From assembly GCF_963506605.1 (NCBI RefSeq), contig NC_083278.1:42532001-42596000 (forward strand): 64,000 bases of DNA, read 5' to 3'. Positions within the stretch are counted from its first letter, which is position 1. Each line of letters opens with the position of its first letter. Source of the DNA: Zootoca vivipara. Lineage: Eukaryota. Made by a program: the position numbers and the translations under genes. Under the pieces are notes generated by a model. That model had not been told where the DNA came from. It was given only the letters and a program-made list of their open reading frames with translations, and ran no database searches. Below are positions 50,974 through 64,000 of this stretch, one piece after another.

Positions 50974-51575
50974 GGTTACAGGTAGGTAGCCGTGTTGGTC
51001 TGGATCGAAGTAAAATAAAAAAATTCCTTCAGTAGCACCTTAAAGACCAACTAAGTTTTTATTTTGGTATGAGCTTTCGTGTGCATGCACACTTCTTCAG
51101 ATACAGTGAAATGGAAGTTTCCAGGCACTTATGTAGAGAAGGCGTGGGGAGGGGTGGGGATGGGGAGGGGGGATCACTCAGAAGGGTGGTGGAAATGGGT
51201 GATTGACTGACTGATAGCTGTTGATGACCGCAAACGACTGCAAATGGTTTTGCATGAAAAAGCAAGGGTTGAGATGGCTGAAGATCGCTTATCATGTATA
51301 ATGAGATAAGAACCCGATATCTCTGTTCAAACCAGGTCCCTCCATGGTTTTGAGCTTGGTGATAAGTTGCAATTCAGCAACTTCTCTTTCCAGTCTATTT
51401 CTGAAATTCTTTTGTAGTAAGACAGCTACTTTGAGATCTTGTATAGAATGTCCTGGGAGATTGAAGTGTTCTCCTACTGGTTTTTCTGTCTTCTGGTTCC
51501 TGATGTCAGATTTATGTCCATTTATCCTTTGGCGTAGGGTTTGGCCTGTTTGTCCAATATAGAGAGCTGAAGGGC
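50974..51575 (-). mobile_element. 5'-truncated Penelope-like retroelement (GIY-YIG endonuclease C-terminus, 3' region, hammerhead-bearing terminal repeat) in an EPHA7 intron
   Basis: ORF 51292-51609 reads PSALYIGQTGQTLRQRINGHKSDI...VGEHFN..GH....L...E..LITKLKT...GLN, the PLE GIY-YIG signature; its 3' end matches the ~130-bp repeat at 25.8-26.2 kb and 30.85 kb. Confidence 0.9.
51067..51104 (-). ncRNA. Minimal type I hammerhead ribozyme (PLE type)
   Basis: Minus strand GUAU-CUGAAGA-A-GUGUGCAUGCACAC-GAAA-GC-UC^AUAC: stem I GUAU/AUAC, CUGANGA core, palindromic stem II, GAAA, minimal AGCU stem III, UC cleavage site. Confidence 0.8.
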
Positions 51576-51715
51576 CCAGAGTTACACCCACTGCTTGATT
51601 TTCTAGCAAAACTCATTTGAGGTTTAAGTAAAAGAGGGAGGGGGAAATAATTACAGGAAACTGCTAAATGCCCCTAAGGACAGGATAGGAAACTATGATG
51701 GGAAGCAACAAGCTG

Positions 51716-51720
<5 letters not shown>

Positions 51721-51766
<46 letters not shown>
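51721..51766. repeat. (TA)n microsatellite
   Basis: About 23 units. Confidence 0.95.
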
Positions 51767-51770
<4 letters not shown>

Positions 51771-52997
51771 TTATATAAAGCGTTAAAATATTGTTTCAGG
51801 GTGGGGTGGGTATTTCAATTTCTAACTGTGTTAGAATTGTTAAGGAAGAGTGCTTGTTCATCAGGAGTAAGCACGTAGCACAAGACTCTCTCCTTTGCAG
51901 CAGTCCACAGAGAAAGCCAAACTCGGGGCTTTCTTCTGGGGTTAACTCTAGGATATAAAGCTACCTTTAAAAAATAAAGGCTGGTGAGAATTCAAAGCTT
52001 CTGTTCAATATCTATCATATACGCATGTCAGAATGTGAACTGAAGGAGGATTTTAAAGAATGAAAAGTAGATTCCCAAGAATCTCTTCTTCAAAATCTCC
52101 CAGTGCACTGCAGAAAAGTATAACAATGTACAATGCCATATACACAGGCATCAATGACATAGATATGAACAGAGGAAGCCAAAATCCTATTGGATGCAGG
52201 CTACAAATATTGTAAATGTTTGAAAACACGGGGTGATTGCCACTTAGTGCTCCTATCACTTTTGTGCCAAAGGAGGCACTCACTCACAAAAGAGGGGGGA
52301 AAGCAATTTTTCGTGTGTGATTCTCCCTCTGCTGCAGACACCAGCACCTCCCCACCTGCCAAATTTTTTTTAATGGATTGTGGGATCCTCTAGAAGAGGT
52401 TTTTTTTGGAAGCTGTAGTAGCTGCCAGGGAGAGAAGAAAATTGTGGAAACCTACAGCTGAATCCAGAGCTCTCATACACTTGCAAAGTTGGAGGGTACT
52501 GCACATTCAAATTGAAAGGTCACAAATCACTTTTGTGGTTGCACCTTTACTTCAAATAATATCCACAATGCTAAGGTTAATGTTATGTAACGCGTTCATT
52601 CTCAGGCCACAGGCATTTCAATGGCTGTAATTTTGTTTTTTCTTATTCTATAACTCTATTATGCTTGGTAATGGATGAGTGTGGATAAAACATGCAGAGA
52701 TTCCTGGAGCTCTGATGTTTAGCTTGGGCAATCGCAACCCATTTTTCAAATCTGAAATTTGCAAAGTTTGGAACTTTGTAAGGTATACATATGGAAAGTA
52801 TCTCTCTCTCTCCGTCTGTCTGTCTCTCTCTCTGTGTGTGTGTAATTATACAAAATGATGATGCAGTAATTATGATCTTCAGACTAAAACGTGTTTATGA
52901 TGAAAATTCAACTCAGACACTTATTAATAAAATGTGAGTACTCCGCAGAATTTCCAAAGGAATTAGAGATGAGAGTAATACAAATACGACACGCTTT

Positions 52998-54113
52998 AGT
53001 AAATTAAAGAAAATATGATGAAGCTCGTATATAGATGGCACCTGACGCCAGAAAGGCTAGCTAAAATCTATAAGACAGAAACAAAAGAATGCTGGAAGTG
53101 CCAGGAAAAAACTGGTACGTATTTTCACTGTTGGTGGGAATGTAAGAAAATATATAAATTCTGGAGTGAGATATATGAAAAAATGAAGAAAATGATAAAA
53201 ATTACGTTTGAAAAGAAACCTGAATATTTTCTATTAAGTTTAATCCCAGAAAGTATACCTAAAGATAGAATTAATATTTTCTTATATGCGTGTGCCGCGG
53301 CGAGATTAGTACTAGCTCAGAAATGGAAAGGAACAGAAACGCCAACAATCCAAGAGTGGCAAATTAAAGTAGTAGAGTTTATGAACTTAGCAAGAATGAC
53401 GGCGGCAATTAGGAATATACCAAAACAGAGAATAATAACAGAATGGAGATACGTAGAAGAGTTTTTCAAAAAAGAAAATATCAAAACAGAGCTAGTGATT
53501 TGTCTGGAATAGAGAAAACATGTAGGAAAAACTTAGTTGGATTTAACAAGAGGGAAAGCAAACTAAAAAGGGAAATAATAGCAAGAGAAGCGATATGTTG
53601 GCGATTGGAAGCCAATTTTAATTTAAAATGAATGGATTTGATGGAGATAGGCCCATGTGTTAAGATCTNNNNNNNNNNNNNNNNNNNNNNNNNNNNNNNN
53701 NNNNNNNNNNNNNNNNNNNNNNNNNNNNNNNNNNNNNNNNNNNNNNNNNNNNNNNNNNNNNNNNNNNNNNNNNNNNNNNNNNNNNNNNNNNNNNNNNNNN
53801 NNNNNNNNNNNNNNNNNNNNNNNNNNNNNNNNNTAGGTTTGCCTAAGTTGATTTTGTATATTATTTGTAGTCTGATGGATTTAATTTATTTAGACCAACC
53901 TTGATTTGTTTACTTATGTTGATTAAGTTACGTTGGGTGGCTTAAATATGTAGTTATGTTATTTATATTACTTGATATACTATAGTATTTAAGTTGCCAA
54001 GTTATTTTATGTTATTAAGTTACTTTAAATTTTTTTTTTTTTTTGGTGTCTGTACATCTTTTAAAATTTTCTAATAAAGTCTATTTTAAAATTTAAAAAA
54101 AAAAAAAAAAAAA
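52998..54113 (+). mobile_element. Young 5'-truncated L1-clade LINE, antisense in an EPHA7 intron
   Basis: Intact ORF 53015-53512 with ORF2 C-terminal zinc knuckle (CWKC...HCWWEC); AATAAA at 54073, poly(A) at about 54095-54114; perfect 18-bp TSD ACAAATACGACACGCTTT at 52980-52997 and 54114-54131. Confidence 0.92.
53669..53833. other. Assembly gap (run of N)
   Basis: 165 N inside the L1 3' region. Confidence 0.99.
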
Positions 54114-54909
54114 ACAAATACGACACGCTTTGTCAATCTCCCACAGTAATTGGAACACAATTATTTGATTGATTGCTGTCAATTGATCTAGAAATCCAAA
54201 ACATGACCATGGCAGAACATATCACCTAAGCAAAAGCGAAGCAATGAAAGAAGTGCAACAAAATGTGCATTAGCAGGCATGATGGCAAATATATTTTCTT
54301 GATTGTAGAAAATTCCATGGTAAGGGAAATGACTAATAGCAAAGGTTAATGGTTCACCTTTTTTAAAAGAAAAAAAGAAAAAGCTTATACTTCTTTTACA
54401 CATGAACGCTAAAGAAATAAAACCAGAAATTCAAATAGTTTTTGTTTAAGACCATTCTGAATGAGGGAAGTAAGGTAAGTGATTCTAAGATTTAAAGTCA
54501 AAGCATAACAATGGGGACTGACAAGAGGCACAAAAACTACCATCACAACAACAAATGGTATGAGGTCAATTTTTCACATTATTTGGCTTAGTTCCAAGAC
54601 ATGCTCTATTTTAAGTAGTGATTATATATTTAAATAAATTTAAAGCCATGTAAACTGGATAAGAACGCTAGCTATCTCAGCAGGGAAATAGGTTCCAACC
54701 CATCTTTGTCTTGCCATACGAAACAAGATTAAATGAATTAGTCCCTCTCATCTGACTTACTCCACTTTCATCTTCACATACTGTACTGGTGAATACAAAT
54801 GACACAAAATGCAGTTAACATTATTGTGTGAAGCCTGATTGCAGAAGTGTAGGTTTAGTCTAAATTAATCAGAATACTACATACTTTATTTAGGTACCAC
54901 TTGCCTCGC

Positions 54910-55165
54910 CTGCTCTGGAGTGTAGGACCTGAACCAATGGCTTCAAGTTACAAGAAAGGAGATTCTGACTAAACATCAGGAAGAACTTTCCCATGGTAAG
55001 ATCTGTTTGACAGTGGAACCCTTGGAAGGTGATAGACTCTCCTTCCTTGGGGTTTTTTAAACAGAGGTTGGGTGGCCATCTGTCATGGTTGCTTTAGCTG
55101 AGATTCCTGCATTGCAGGCGATTGGACTAGATGATTCTTGGGGGCCACAATTCTATTATTCTATG
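54910..55165 (+). mobile_element. CR1 LINE 3' end fragment
   Basis: Similar to 38445-38643; ends TTCTATTATTCTATG. Confidence 0.8.
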
Positions 55166-56707
55166 TCACAACTATCCCTTGTTCTTGTTTTTCATAGCTT
55201 TTCTGATTTGCTTAGTTTGTAGTTTGTTCAACAGATCCTCAACCCATCCCATCATATTAGGCTTAAAATATTTAAGCTGCATTCTTGAATGCACTTGCCT
55301 GGGAGTAAGCCCTATTGAAGTGAATGGGACTTACTTCTGTGCAAGATTGCACTGAAAACCTCATTTCAGCTGAGCAGGAAATAAATTAAATGCTAACTAG
55401 AATATAACTGGTATGATGTTCTCACTGTCAGACAATGTGCTCTGTTTAAGCCCAATGCAAAATTTAAGCAAGAAGTATGAAAATACTCATTTTGTCTGTT
55501 GCTTTCCCTTCTCCTAACAGTTCTTTCCTTATGTCTTTTTTGAAAGATAGGTAAGCTTTGCCTTTGAGGCATCTTATATTCCTGTCAGACACCTTTTATG
55601 TTTGAATCTAGTACAGAAGGAAGGTGTCAAAAGGAATGAAACTCTACTGGGTGTCAAGGGAATGTAAATATTTCTCTCTCCCTGCCCCAAGGACTTGTTT
55701 GCCCAGATTTTGACAGTCCATGAAATCTCTGACACTGAGACCTGTCAAATATTAACAACTTTGCTCTCTGCCAAACTGACTCATCATTTAGATTTTATAT
55801 GGTAGATTAGAAAAAAATGCACCAAAAAAGTACTCTCTGATGTCGATCATTCTTAAAACAACAACAGGGAAATAACATTATTTCCTTCATCATTTATTTA
55901 CACACACACACACTTATATCTATGACAAAATGAAACTTCACTTGGTATCTGCATTTTAATTCCCATATTTTATATAACAGCAATAAAGTTGAAACCAGAA
56001 TAGCTAATAGTACCATACTAAGGGAAAGAGCACACATTGCATGAAATATTGGCCTCCCTGTATTGAGAAATTCTCCTTAGTCCTTGTTTTCCACAGCAGT
56101 GGGCCATATGGTATGGCTGCACTGTTCAGCTGAGTAACTGCAGCATACTGGGGTGGAGAGGAAGAGGAATGCAGCAGTAGTGAAGTTGTCATGGTGGAAA
56201 TGCCCTGGGAGGAGCACCATATTGGCATCACCAACACATTTGTACTGTGCCGACCCTACCTCGGCACAAGTATTCTACTTGCTGGATGGAACAAGTTCCA
56301 CTCTCCTTCCCCTGCATGCTGTTTCAGGCAATGGGGTAGTGTCTCTTTACCCTGCAGAGCAGATTTAAAGGTTTAGCATGATGCTAAAGCAGCCATAAAT
56401 TCGCCTTCATCTCTTGTCTGGTGCAGACAAACTTCACAGAGCCAGCCCACACAGAGGAATATGCACATTTGTCTCTCCAGTCTTAGGACATACAAACAGC
56501 TATGCTTGCCGTGTTCTCTTCAAAGGGAAGGTGCAGGAGGTGCCTTGCTTGTTGAATCAGTGTCAAAGCATATGGTCAGCCATGCATTTAACCTCTCCTG
56601 CACCTGAGGATTTCAGCAAGAGTTCCATCTTGTCTCTCATACCTTTTAACATTTAAATGAAGGCACTAGGAGAAGTCATCCTGGGAATAAGGAGAAGCTC
56701 TTTAGAT

Positions 56708-56963
56708 CAGGGGTAGGCAACCTAAGGCCTGTGGGCCGGATGCGGCCCAATTGCCTTCTCAATCCAGCCCACGGTCAGTTTGGGAATCAGCGTGTTTTTA
56801 CATGAGTAGAATGTGTCCTTTTATTTAAAATGCATCTCTGGGTTATTTGTGGGACACAGGAAATTCATTCATTCCCCCCCCCCCAAAAAAATAAAGTCCA
56901 GCCCACTACATGGTCTGAGACACAGTGGACTGGCCCATGGCTGAAAAAGGTTGCTGACCCCTG
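56708..56963. mobile_element. hAT MITE (~255 bp family)
   Basis: Homologous to 8261-8515; TSD CTTTAGAT / CTTTAAAT. Confidence 0.87.
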
Positions 56964-58445
56964 CTTTAAATGTTGGACCAGTACTGGGGATGTTGAGCTG
57001 TTATAAGGGCTTATAAACTGAGACTGAATTCCTACTAGCTGGAGGCAGGAATAGTGGGCAGCACCAGAGTCTAGGAGCCAGGGAGATGGCCTGTTCTGAA
57101 TGGAGTTGCATTCCTGCCAAAGAACAGCTTAGGGATGCTCCTGGAGCTAGCATTGTCACTTGAAGCTCAGATGACAATTGTAAGCAAGTTTGTAACTTAG
57201 GCCAAACTGCACTGTCTATTGATTTGAATAAATATTTTGTGTCTAAGAACTTATTTAGGTATCTCTATTCCACAGCCATGGACCTTTGTGCTCAGAATGA
57301 AAGCTTCGGTAAAGCCAAGCCCCCTCCCTGCTTGCTTATGAAAATGGCTACCCTGTACAAGGAATAATCCTCTTCAAAAGGGTTAGTCACAGGGAACTTC
57401 CGTAGACAAGAATCTGCTCTAAAATGCTCTTGCAAGGGCTAGATTGGATGCCATGTAAACAAGCCCTCAATTTGCACCTGTGTAAACAAACCTGAGGCCA
57501 AAATCAAGGGGGTGGAGGTAACTACATGTTTTCATTTTCCCTGTTTTGTAAGGGGGAAAAGTGACAGCCTAAGTCCTACCTAGAATGAGGATGCACACAG
57601 TGTTATGAAAAGGGCTTTTTACCATTGTGGGATTATATTATTTTCATTGAAGACAACATGGAATAAAGTTTCAGTTGTAAGATGTTGAGACGAAATCAGC
57701 TATTATGGATGAATACTTTATTACTCCATCTCTCTAAGTTTTAGAAGAGGATGATTAATGGGCTAGTGTTTCAGGGGTTTTGCAACAGTGCTGTTGAAAC
57801 TTATAGAATTTGTGGGCATAAAAAACCCCACAACCGTCTAGGATCCAAAGTGCCCGTGCCAATTTGATTTCAGAGGTATTCAAACATCAAGACAGAGTGA
57901 CTTTTTAAGATGTCTAAAGGCAACAACAGTTGGAAAAGCCTGAACGTCATAACTGACCCTTATCCCAGCTTTTGGCTCTGTCCTCTACACACTCACCTAT
58001 GAACTCTATGGGTCTTACTTCTGAGTAGACATGTGCAGGATTGTGCTATTTGCCTACTAGGTTATGTGTTATGTGGTCTTTCTGTGCATGCTGCTTGTGA
58101 TGCCCTATTGATGAACTATAAAATAATGAAACAGCTAGCACCAGTAATTATGATAAAATAATTGAGATGTAGCTAAAAAGAGAATTAAAATAATGTATAG
58201 GGGAATACATGAAAAAATATGGCGTTAAAGCAGAACTCTTAATAGGCGATTGTTAAGTGTGTAAGGATAAAATAAGTAATCATAATTTATTAGACATTTT
58301 AGAAATAAGCTTTCATGTTAGCTTAGTGTATTAAAGCAACTAGAAATAATTTAGTGACTGGAAGATCTCACATGGGTGAAGGGAAGCAACAGGGAGGAGG
58401 GGATAGGTAACATTTGGGAAATAAAATAATATATGTGACAGAAAA

Positions 58446-58812
58446 CCAGATCCCCTGCCTAGGATTTTATTCTTTTTATTTATGCCAAATTTCAAGGAAT
58501 GAGATTATTAATTCACTTTTATTTATTATCCCCTGCTTATTTGGTGGTGATTATCTTTCTCCTTGTCCTGACCATCCTCCCAAGGCTATATTCACAATCT
58601 TTCAATTTGGTTGGACTCTACACTTAACCGGCCGGAACATTCTACCAGAGAAAAGGTTGCCGCCCATGGGACATCAACTGAATGTCAACCCAGCTTTTAC
58701 CTTGGGTTTTAATAGGTTTTATTGGTAACCATATTTGTAATGTATTTTTGTTGGTGTCTGTTTGTCTTTTTGATGCTATGGCCCATCGGCTATGCAAATA
58801 AAGTTTGATTTG
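58446..58812 (+). mobile_element. Non-LTR retrotransposon 3' fragment (clade unassigned)
   Basis: 15-bp direct repeat ATATGTGACAGAAAA at 58431-58445 and 58813-58827; ends AATAAAG(TTTGA)2. Confidence 0.65.
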
Positions 58813-59310
58813 ATATGTGACAGAAAAGGATATAACAGATTCTTATAGCATAGCAACATCATGTAACCAGAGTAGAAGTTTAAAGGAGGAAGTGAATGTA
58901 TTTTTATTATTGTAATTATTACCATTATTGGTAGAAGGCAATGTTAATTTAGACTTTTTCATTTTGTTGTTTGTATATGGTGTATTTTTCTTAAAATAAT
59001 AATAATTATAATTAAAACAACATGTGGAATTCAGCATCACGTTAATACAATTGTTCTGTCAGCGCAAGCATTTCTATTTGCCCGATGGAACAATCTCCCC
59101 TTCCTCACACACACTCCCGAGTGGATTTGGGGGAGGAAGTGGTCAAACTCCAGTGCAGTAGTGGGAGCCCTTGAGCTGGCTTCCCACTAGCTGGCTAGTG
59201 CTAATAAATTTATACCTTTCCAAAATAAGTTTCTATCTCCCTTTTATAATATAAATATTAGTTGTTCTTCAAGTCTTTGGGTGTGTTGCTATAGAGAAAA
59301 CCCTAATTCA

Positions 59311-59532
<222 letters not shown>

Positions 59533-59894
59533 CTACAGAAAAAGAAAGTTTCTGAAACAAACTCACAGTAACACCATCCATACATGAAAGCATTAGCTGA
59601 CAGACAGCTTGTTAGATCTTCTTGCAATGATAAAAGAAAATTAAAACTAAGAAATGAAATTATGTCTGTGCTTCTTTAAATCTTGCATCATCTCACATTC
59701 CTCCCTCCTACAGAGTCAACCGTCCTATACGATATACAGAGCAGCTACTACTGGACTGCACCACTTCAGATCATGCAAGGATGACATGGTTAAATATAAC
59801 TAGATATAAATGTTTATACACTGAAAACTAGAATATCAGGAAGAAACTTTTTCTTATTCTTGACATCTTCCCAATATGCTAGTTTGTAATGTAC

Positions 59895-60175
59895 AGAGCG
59901 TCTCCACCCCCATTGTTCTGCCCGGACACTGAGGTCCAGTGCCGAGGGCCTTCTGGTGGTTCCCTCACTGCGAGAAGCCAAGTTACAGGGAACCAGGCAG
60001 AGGGCCTTCTTGGTAGTGGCACCCGCCCTGTGGAATGCCCTCCCACCACATATCAAAGAGAAAAACAACTACCAGACTTTTAGGAGACATCTGAAGGCAG
60101 CCCTGTTTAGGGAAGCTTTTAATGTTTACTAGATTATGGGGAAACTCAGCCAGATGGATGAGGTATAAATAATAA

Positions 60176-60217
<42 letters not shown>

Positions 60218-60226
60218 TATTATTTA
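59895..60226 (+). mobile_element. L2-clade LINE 3' fragment with (ATT)n tail
   Basis: Similar to 8600-8932. Confidence 0.72.
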
Positions 60227-61378
60227 TCAACATGTTGGTTTTCCATCATTCAGGGAGCTCAAGAGAATATACAAGCATCCATTAGAGAACTGGGCTGGGA
60301 GAGCGGTGTGCAGATGCCATAATCCAGCATTTGCCAGAGGACAGCAGCAATCATTAATGCTCACCTTCCTTGAGCACTGGTGAAAGCTCCACAGGTGCTG
60401 TATTTTAGGGGAGGGGAACATGTGGCACTCCAGATGTTCTTGAGGTCCAACTGCCATCAGCACCAGCCAGAGAGGTCAGTGGTCAGAGAGGATGGAAATT
60501 ATTGTGGAGGAGCCCTGACTTACCACACCTGTTGTATTGTAATGAGCTTGCTAATGAGCATGAACTTTCACTCCCCTTCCCCCCTTTTTTTTACTGGCAC
60601 CTTTACTCTGAGACTCTGAGTCAGTTTAGGATTATTAACAGGAAATATTTCAAGCCGATTGTCCCAAATTGCATAGTTAGAGCTGCTGTTAGCATGTGCT
60701 CAGGGGCGTAGGAAGGGGGGGGCGGTGGGGCGGTTCGCCCCGGGTGTCATCCCTGAGGGGTGTGTGTGACAAATTCCCTCCTGGGCGGATTGCTCTGCCA
60801 CCTCCCTAGATGCCAATTGCCCCCAATGGGAGCCGATCGCTCCTCCTGGGTGGCTCGCCCTGCTCCCTGGGTGCCCGAGTGGCTAACTCCACCGTTGCAT
60901 GTGCAAACATGTTTACTTGATTAGTTAAACCCATTGGTGAGGAGCCTCTGGCCCATGGACTCCATCCATTGCACAGCTTCCTCTCTTCACCCTGCCCCCA
61001 CAGCACTTAGGCTTTAAAAAGCTTGCATTTCTGCCAGGAAGGGAGGGGTGGTTAGGTGCTAGGAGTGACCCCTCCCTCTGTGCTGTAATACTTGCAGCAA
61101 TTATACTTAAAAACAAACACTTTCATTGGTACCAATGCAGGCTTTAAAAAGCAGAAATGCTATTCAGCATGGGATCTTTTTTTGCGGGGAGGGGGAGGTT
61201 TGCATCTGTGCAGGGAAGCCTAACTCCCAACTCCCCATGAGCTGCAACCCACGTGAAAGTCACCCCAAAGCAGGACTTAGGCTTTCATTTGTGCCAATAG
61301 GAGCATGTTTAAACTCCTAAGTGCTGCATGGGGAGGGGCAGGGAGAACCAGGAGCATGACAGAAGAGACGGTTTAGCG

Positions 61379-61514
61379 CAGGCTTCCTCAACCTCAGCCC
61401 TCCAGATGATTTTGGCCTACAACTCCCATGATCCCTAGCTAGCAGGACCAGTGGTCAGGGATGATGGGAATTGTAGTCTCAAAACATCTGGAGGGCCGAG
61501 GTCGAGGAAGCCTG
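61379..61514. mobile_element. hAT MITE (~135 bp family, CAGGCTTCCTCAA subfamily)
   Basis: TSD GTTTAGCG / GTTTAGTG. Confidence 0.88.
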
Positions 61515-62381
61515 GTTTAGTGGATGAGTGGGGAATGTGAATACTTTGGCCTTATACACTGTTTTTACTGACAGCTGGCCACTGGAATTTTTTTCATGAG
61601 GGAATGTAGCCCTTAGGCTTGGGCTGGAAAAGCTTTCCTACCCCTGCATCAACAGTTTACTGAGTCTTGGTGAGACGCTGCCCTTGTTCCTAACAGGTAC
61701 ATTTTGGTGTGTCTTGGTAATCAGCGTTGGTGTGGATGGTGGCAGAATAGTCTCCCAACTGCAACCTGTTATCCATAGCTCCCACCTATATTCTATGCTG
61801 CCACTTTTCAGCACTAATCTCACATGTGAAAGAGAACTTTTGACGCATGTGGATTGGAAGAACAGGTATGTATCAAAGGAGGGCAGCCACTTGCTGAACT
61901 CAAGAGAAAGCTGTTTTTCAAGGAGTTTGAGATTAATGGGATTCTTAATCTTTTGAAATTAGTGAGGTGGGATTCACATTTTATTTTAGTTGTGGCATCT
62001 TTACCACGTGCTTCTGGCTTGCCTCCTCAATACCAGTCTCCTCCCCACATTTCTACTGAGTTTTGCATGGAGTTCTATGGCATTATTACTCTTATTATTA
62101 ACTCTCACAGTTAATAAAATGGCTATGGTTGGCCGGCAATTCCTTTGTTAAGAGACCCTGCTTGTTACTAGCCCAGGATACTGGAGTGATGATGCTTCAT
62201 CAATGGGAGCTAATGTCTGGCTGATAGAGAATTTTATACTGGAAAGCAATCAGATCTTGAAAAAGCCAGACACCTACTTCTCTAAATAAGTTTGGGTGAG
62301 AGAAACAAAAACAGGAGGTAGGGAGAAAGGACAGAGAATTGGATAAAGGCACCTCTGGGGATCTAATATGGGATAGTGGTA

Positions 62382-62607
62382 CAGTGGTACCTCTGGTTAA
62401 GAACTTAATTCATTCCAGATGTCCCTTCTTAACCTGAAACTGTTCTTAACCTGAAGCACCACTTTTGCTAATGGGGCCTACCGTTGCCGCCACGTCTCTG
62501 GAGTGTGATTTCTGTTCTCATCCTGAAGCAAAGTTCTTAACCTGAGGTACTATTTCTGGGTTAGCAGAGTTTGTAACCTGAAGCATTTGTAACCCGAGGT
62601 ACCACTG
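62382..62607. mobile_element. Tigger-like MITE
   Basis: TA|CAGTGGTACCTC ... GAGGTACCACTG|TA. Confidence 0.87.
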
Positions 62608-62841
62608 TACTACCGTATTGTAAGAATGTGCATGCCACCTGCCTCCACCTGTGCTCTACACGTGTATTTGGAAATAACACAAATAATGCAAAAATGCCAC
62701 ATATCACCAGTGTTTTTTCTTCTAAAGGTCACTTGACTCGTGGAGCACAGCCCTTGGAAATTCACACCACTCCTGGGAGTGGGGAATGGGCAACAATATA
62801 CTTGAGTGAACTGTGCTCTTTTTGTTTAATGTGCAACTCAC

Positions 62842-63051
62842 TGTTGTAGTGTAGACAGCTTCTGGGTCGTCTTCTATAACTCTGGAGAGGCCAAAGTCTG
62901 ACACTTTGCAGACAAGATTGCTGTTGACCAGAATGTTGCGTGCTGCTAAGTCCCTGTGCACGTATCCCATATCAGCCAAGTATCTCATTCCAGCAGCAAT
63001 TCCTCTCAACATCCCCACCAGCTGAATTACTGTAAATTGCCCATCATGTTT
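62842..63051 (-). CDS. EPHA7: EPHA7 coding exon (kinase subdomains with HRD/DFG; about exon 13 by human numbering)
   Basis: 210 bp, cag| ... |gtgagt; translates [70 protein letters not shown], the EphA7-type sequence. Confidence 0.97.
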
Positions 63052-63572
63052 CTGAAGTAAAAGAAAGAAGCAGAGAAATGCGTCTTAGGGAAGCTGAGAG
63101 AGAAGGATAAAAACATTGTTAAAATCTTGGTGCTTTAAGGCCAGGCCTCCCACAGCCCCGTGTCTGCAAATTCCACATGCAATATGTCATTAGTGCCTCC
63201 ATCTCATGCATGACTTGTCTCCCACAGGCCACATGTAAGACATGAAGTGTCACTCTGGGCTTCACATGTGCAGTCCCTCATCCCCACCCACCCCCACCCC
63301 AGCAGCAGGTCAATTGTAAGAGTAACCCTATTAGTTTATGAATATATATGTATAAATCCTAATTTTCATTAAACCTTTTCCAAAGGGTAGAAGAATGGGT
63401 TGCTCCATGAGAGCTATGAATATACTGGTCCTTAGCTTTGTGTAAAAATGTATTTTGAGGGCAAGAGTATATATTATATGGCATTTATGTTGGCATCCAT
63501 GCTCCTAAAGTGTGAACTACATAATAGGAAAGTAGCTGTTGTGAGTATGGGAAGAACCATTATGATACCAAT

Positions 63573-63703
63573 CATGGGCGTAGCCAGGGTTTTTGTTAGG
63601 GGTGGCAGAATCAATGTGATTGGTCAGTTAGCTAAGTATTTCTATTGTTTAATTCACTCTAGGGGTGGGCAGCTGCCTGCCCTGCCCCTCTGGCTACGCC
63701 ATG
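63573..63703. mobile_element. Small hAT-like MITE
   Basis: CATGGGCGTAGCCAG / CTGGCTACGCCATG termini; TACCAAT on both flanks. Confidence 0.7.
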
Positions 63704-64000
63704 ATTACCAATATTAAACTTTGGGATCCACGCAGCAGATTTAGCTTACTGATGCTAACAGTTATATGTACGTTCCTTTTTGGACTTTGTAGGGTTTAGC
63801 AAGTTGTCTATCATAAACGGTAAACAGTCACAAAAAGTTGTAAAATCTCTCTTAGGACTGGGGGGAGGGAATGCTTCCTTCATTTCTGAATTACTGCTGC
63901 ACTTAATTTAAGGACTCTTTCTTTTCCACAATGTTGAAAAGATACAAATATGATTTTGAAGCATGTGTTCCCACAATATGGCTTCAGGTCCCTTTCGATG

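Noticed and set aside
53015-53512. Nested host gene encoding a zinc-finger protein
   Set aside because: It is the L1 ORF2 C-terminus, shown by the TSD and poly(A) tail.
62722-62841. C-terminal extension of the kinase ORF (VSCTLNKK...)
   Set aside because: Read-through past a strong GTGAGT donor; no evidence for a retained-intron isoform.

Overview
Vertebrate genomic DNA, most likely a squamate (lacertid-type lizard, inferred from full-length Sauria SINEs and other squamate repeats). The right third holds the 3' end of EPHA7 on the minus strand: five coding exons (kinase C-lobe, SAM domain, PDZ-binding tail -IQV), all with canonical GT-AG junctions, then an AT-rich 3'UTR of at least about 2.4 kb with many miRNA seed sites. 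The left ~44 kb is gene-free downstream sequence filled with transposon relics (Sauria and other SINEs, L1/L2/CR1 fragments, hAT and Tc1/mariner MITEs, LTR-like elements, microsatellites). The most interesting signal is a Penelope-like element (PLE) family carrying a minimal type I hammerhead ribozyme. There are five copies: one downstream of a GIY-YIG ORF, sense-oriented inside an EPHA7 intron; one solo copy; and three in a TSD-flanked module made of an inverted copy plus a 138-bp tandem unit, which resembles a retrozyme. PLE-associated hammerheads are a known class, so any novelty lies in this miniature module and in the intronic placement. Almost all other ORFs in the track are spurious. 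Family names for repeats are recalled from memory, not from a database search.
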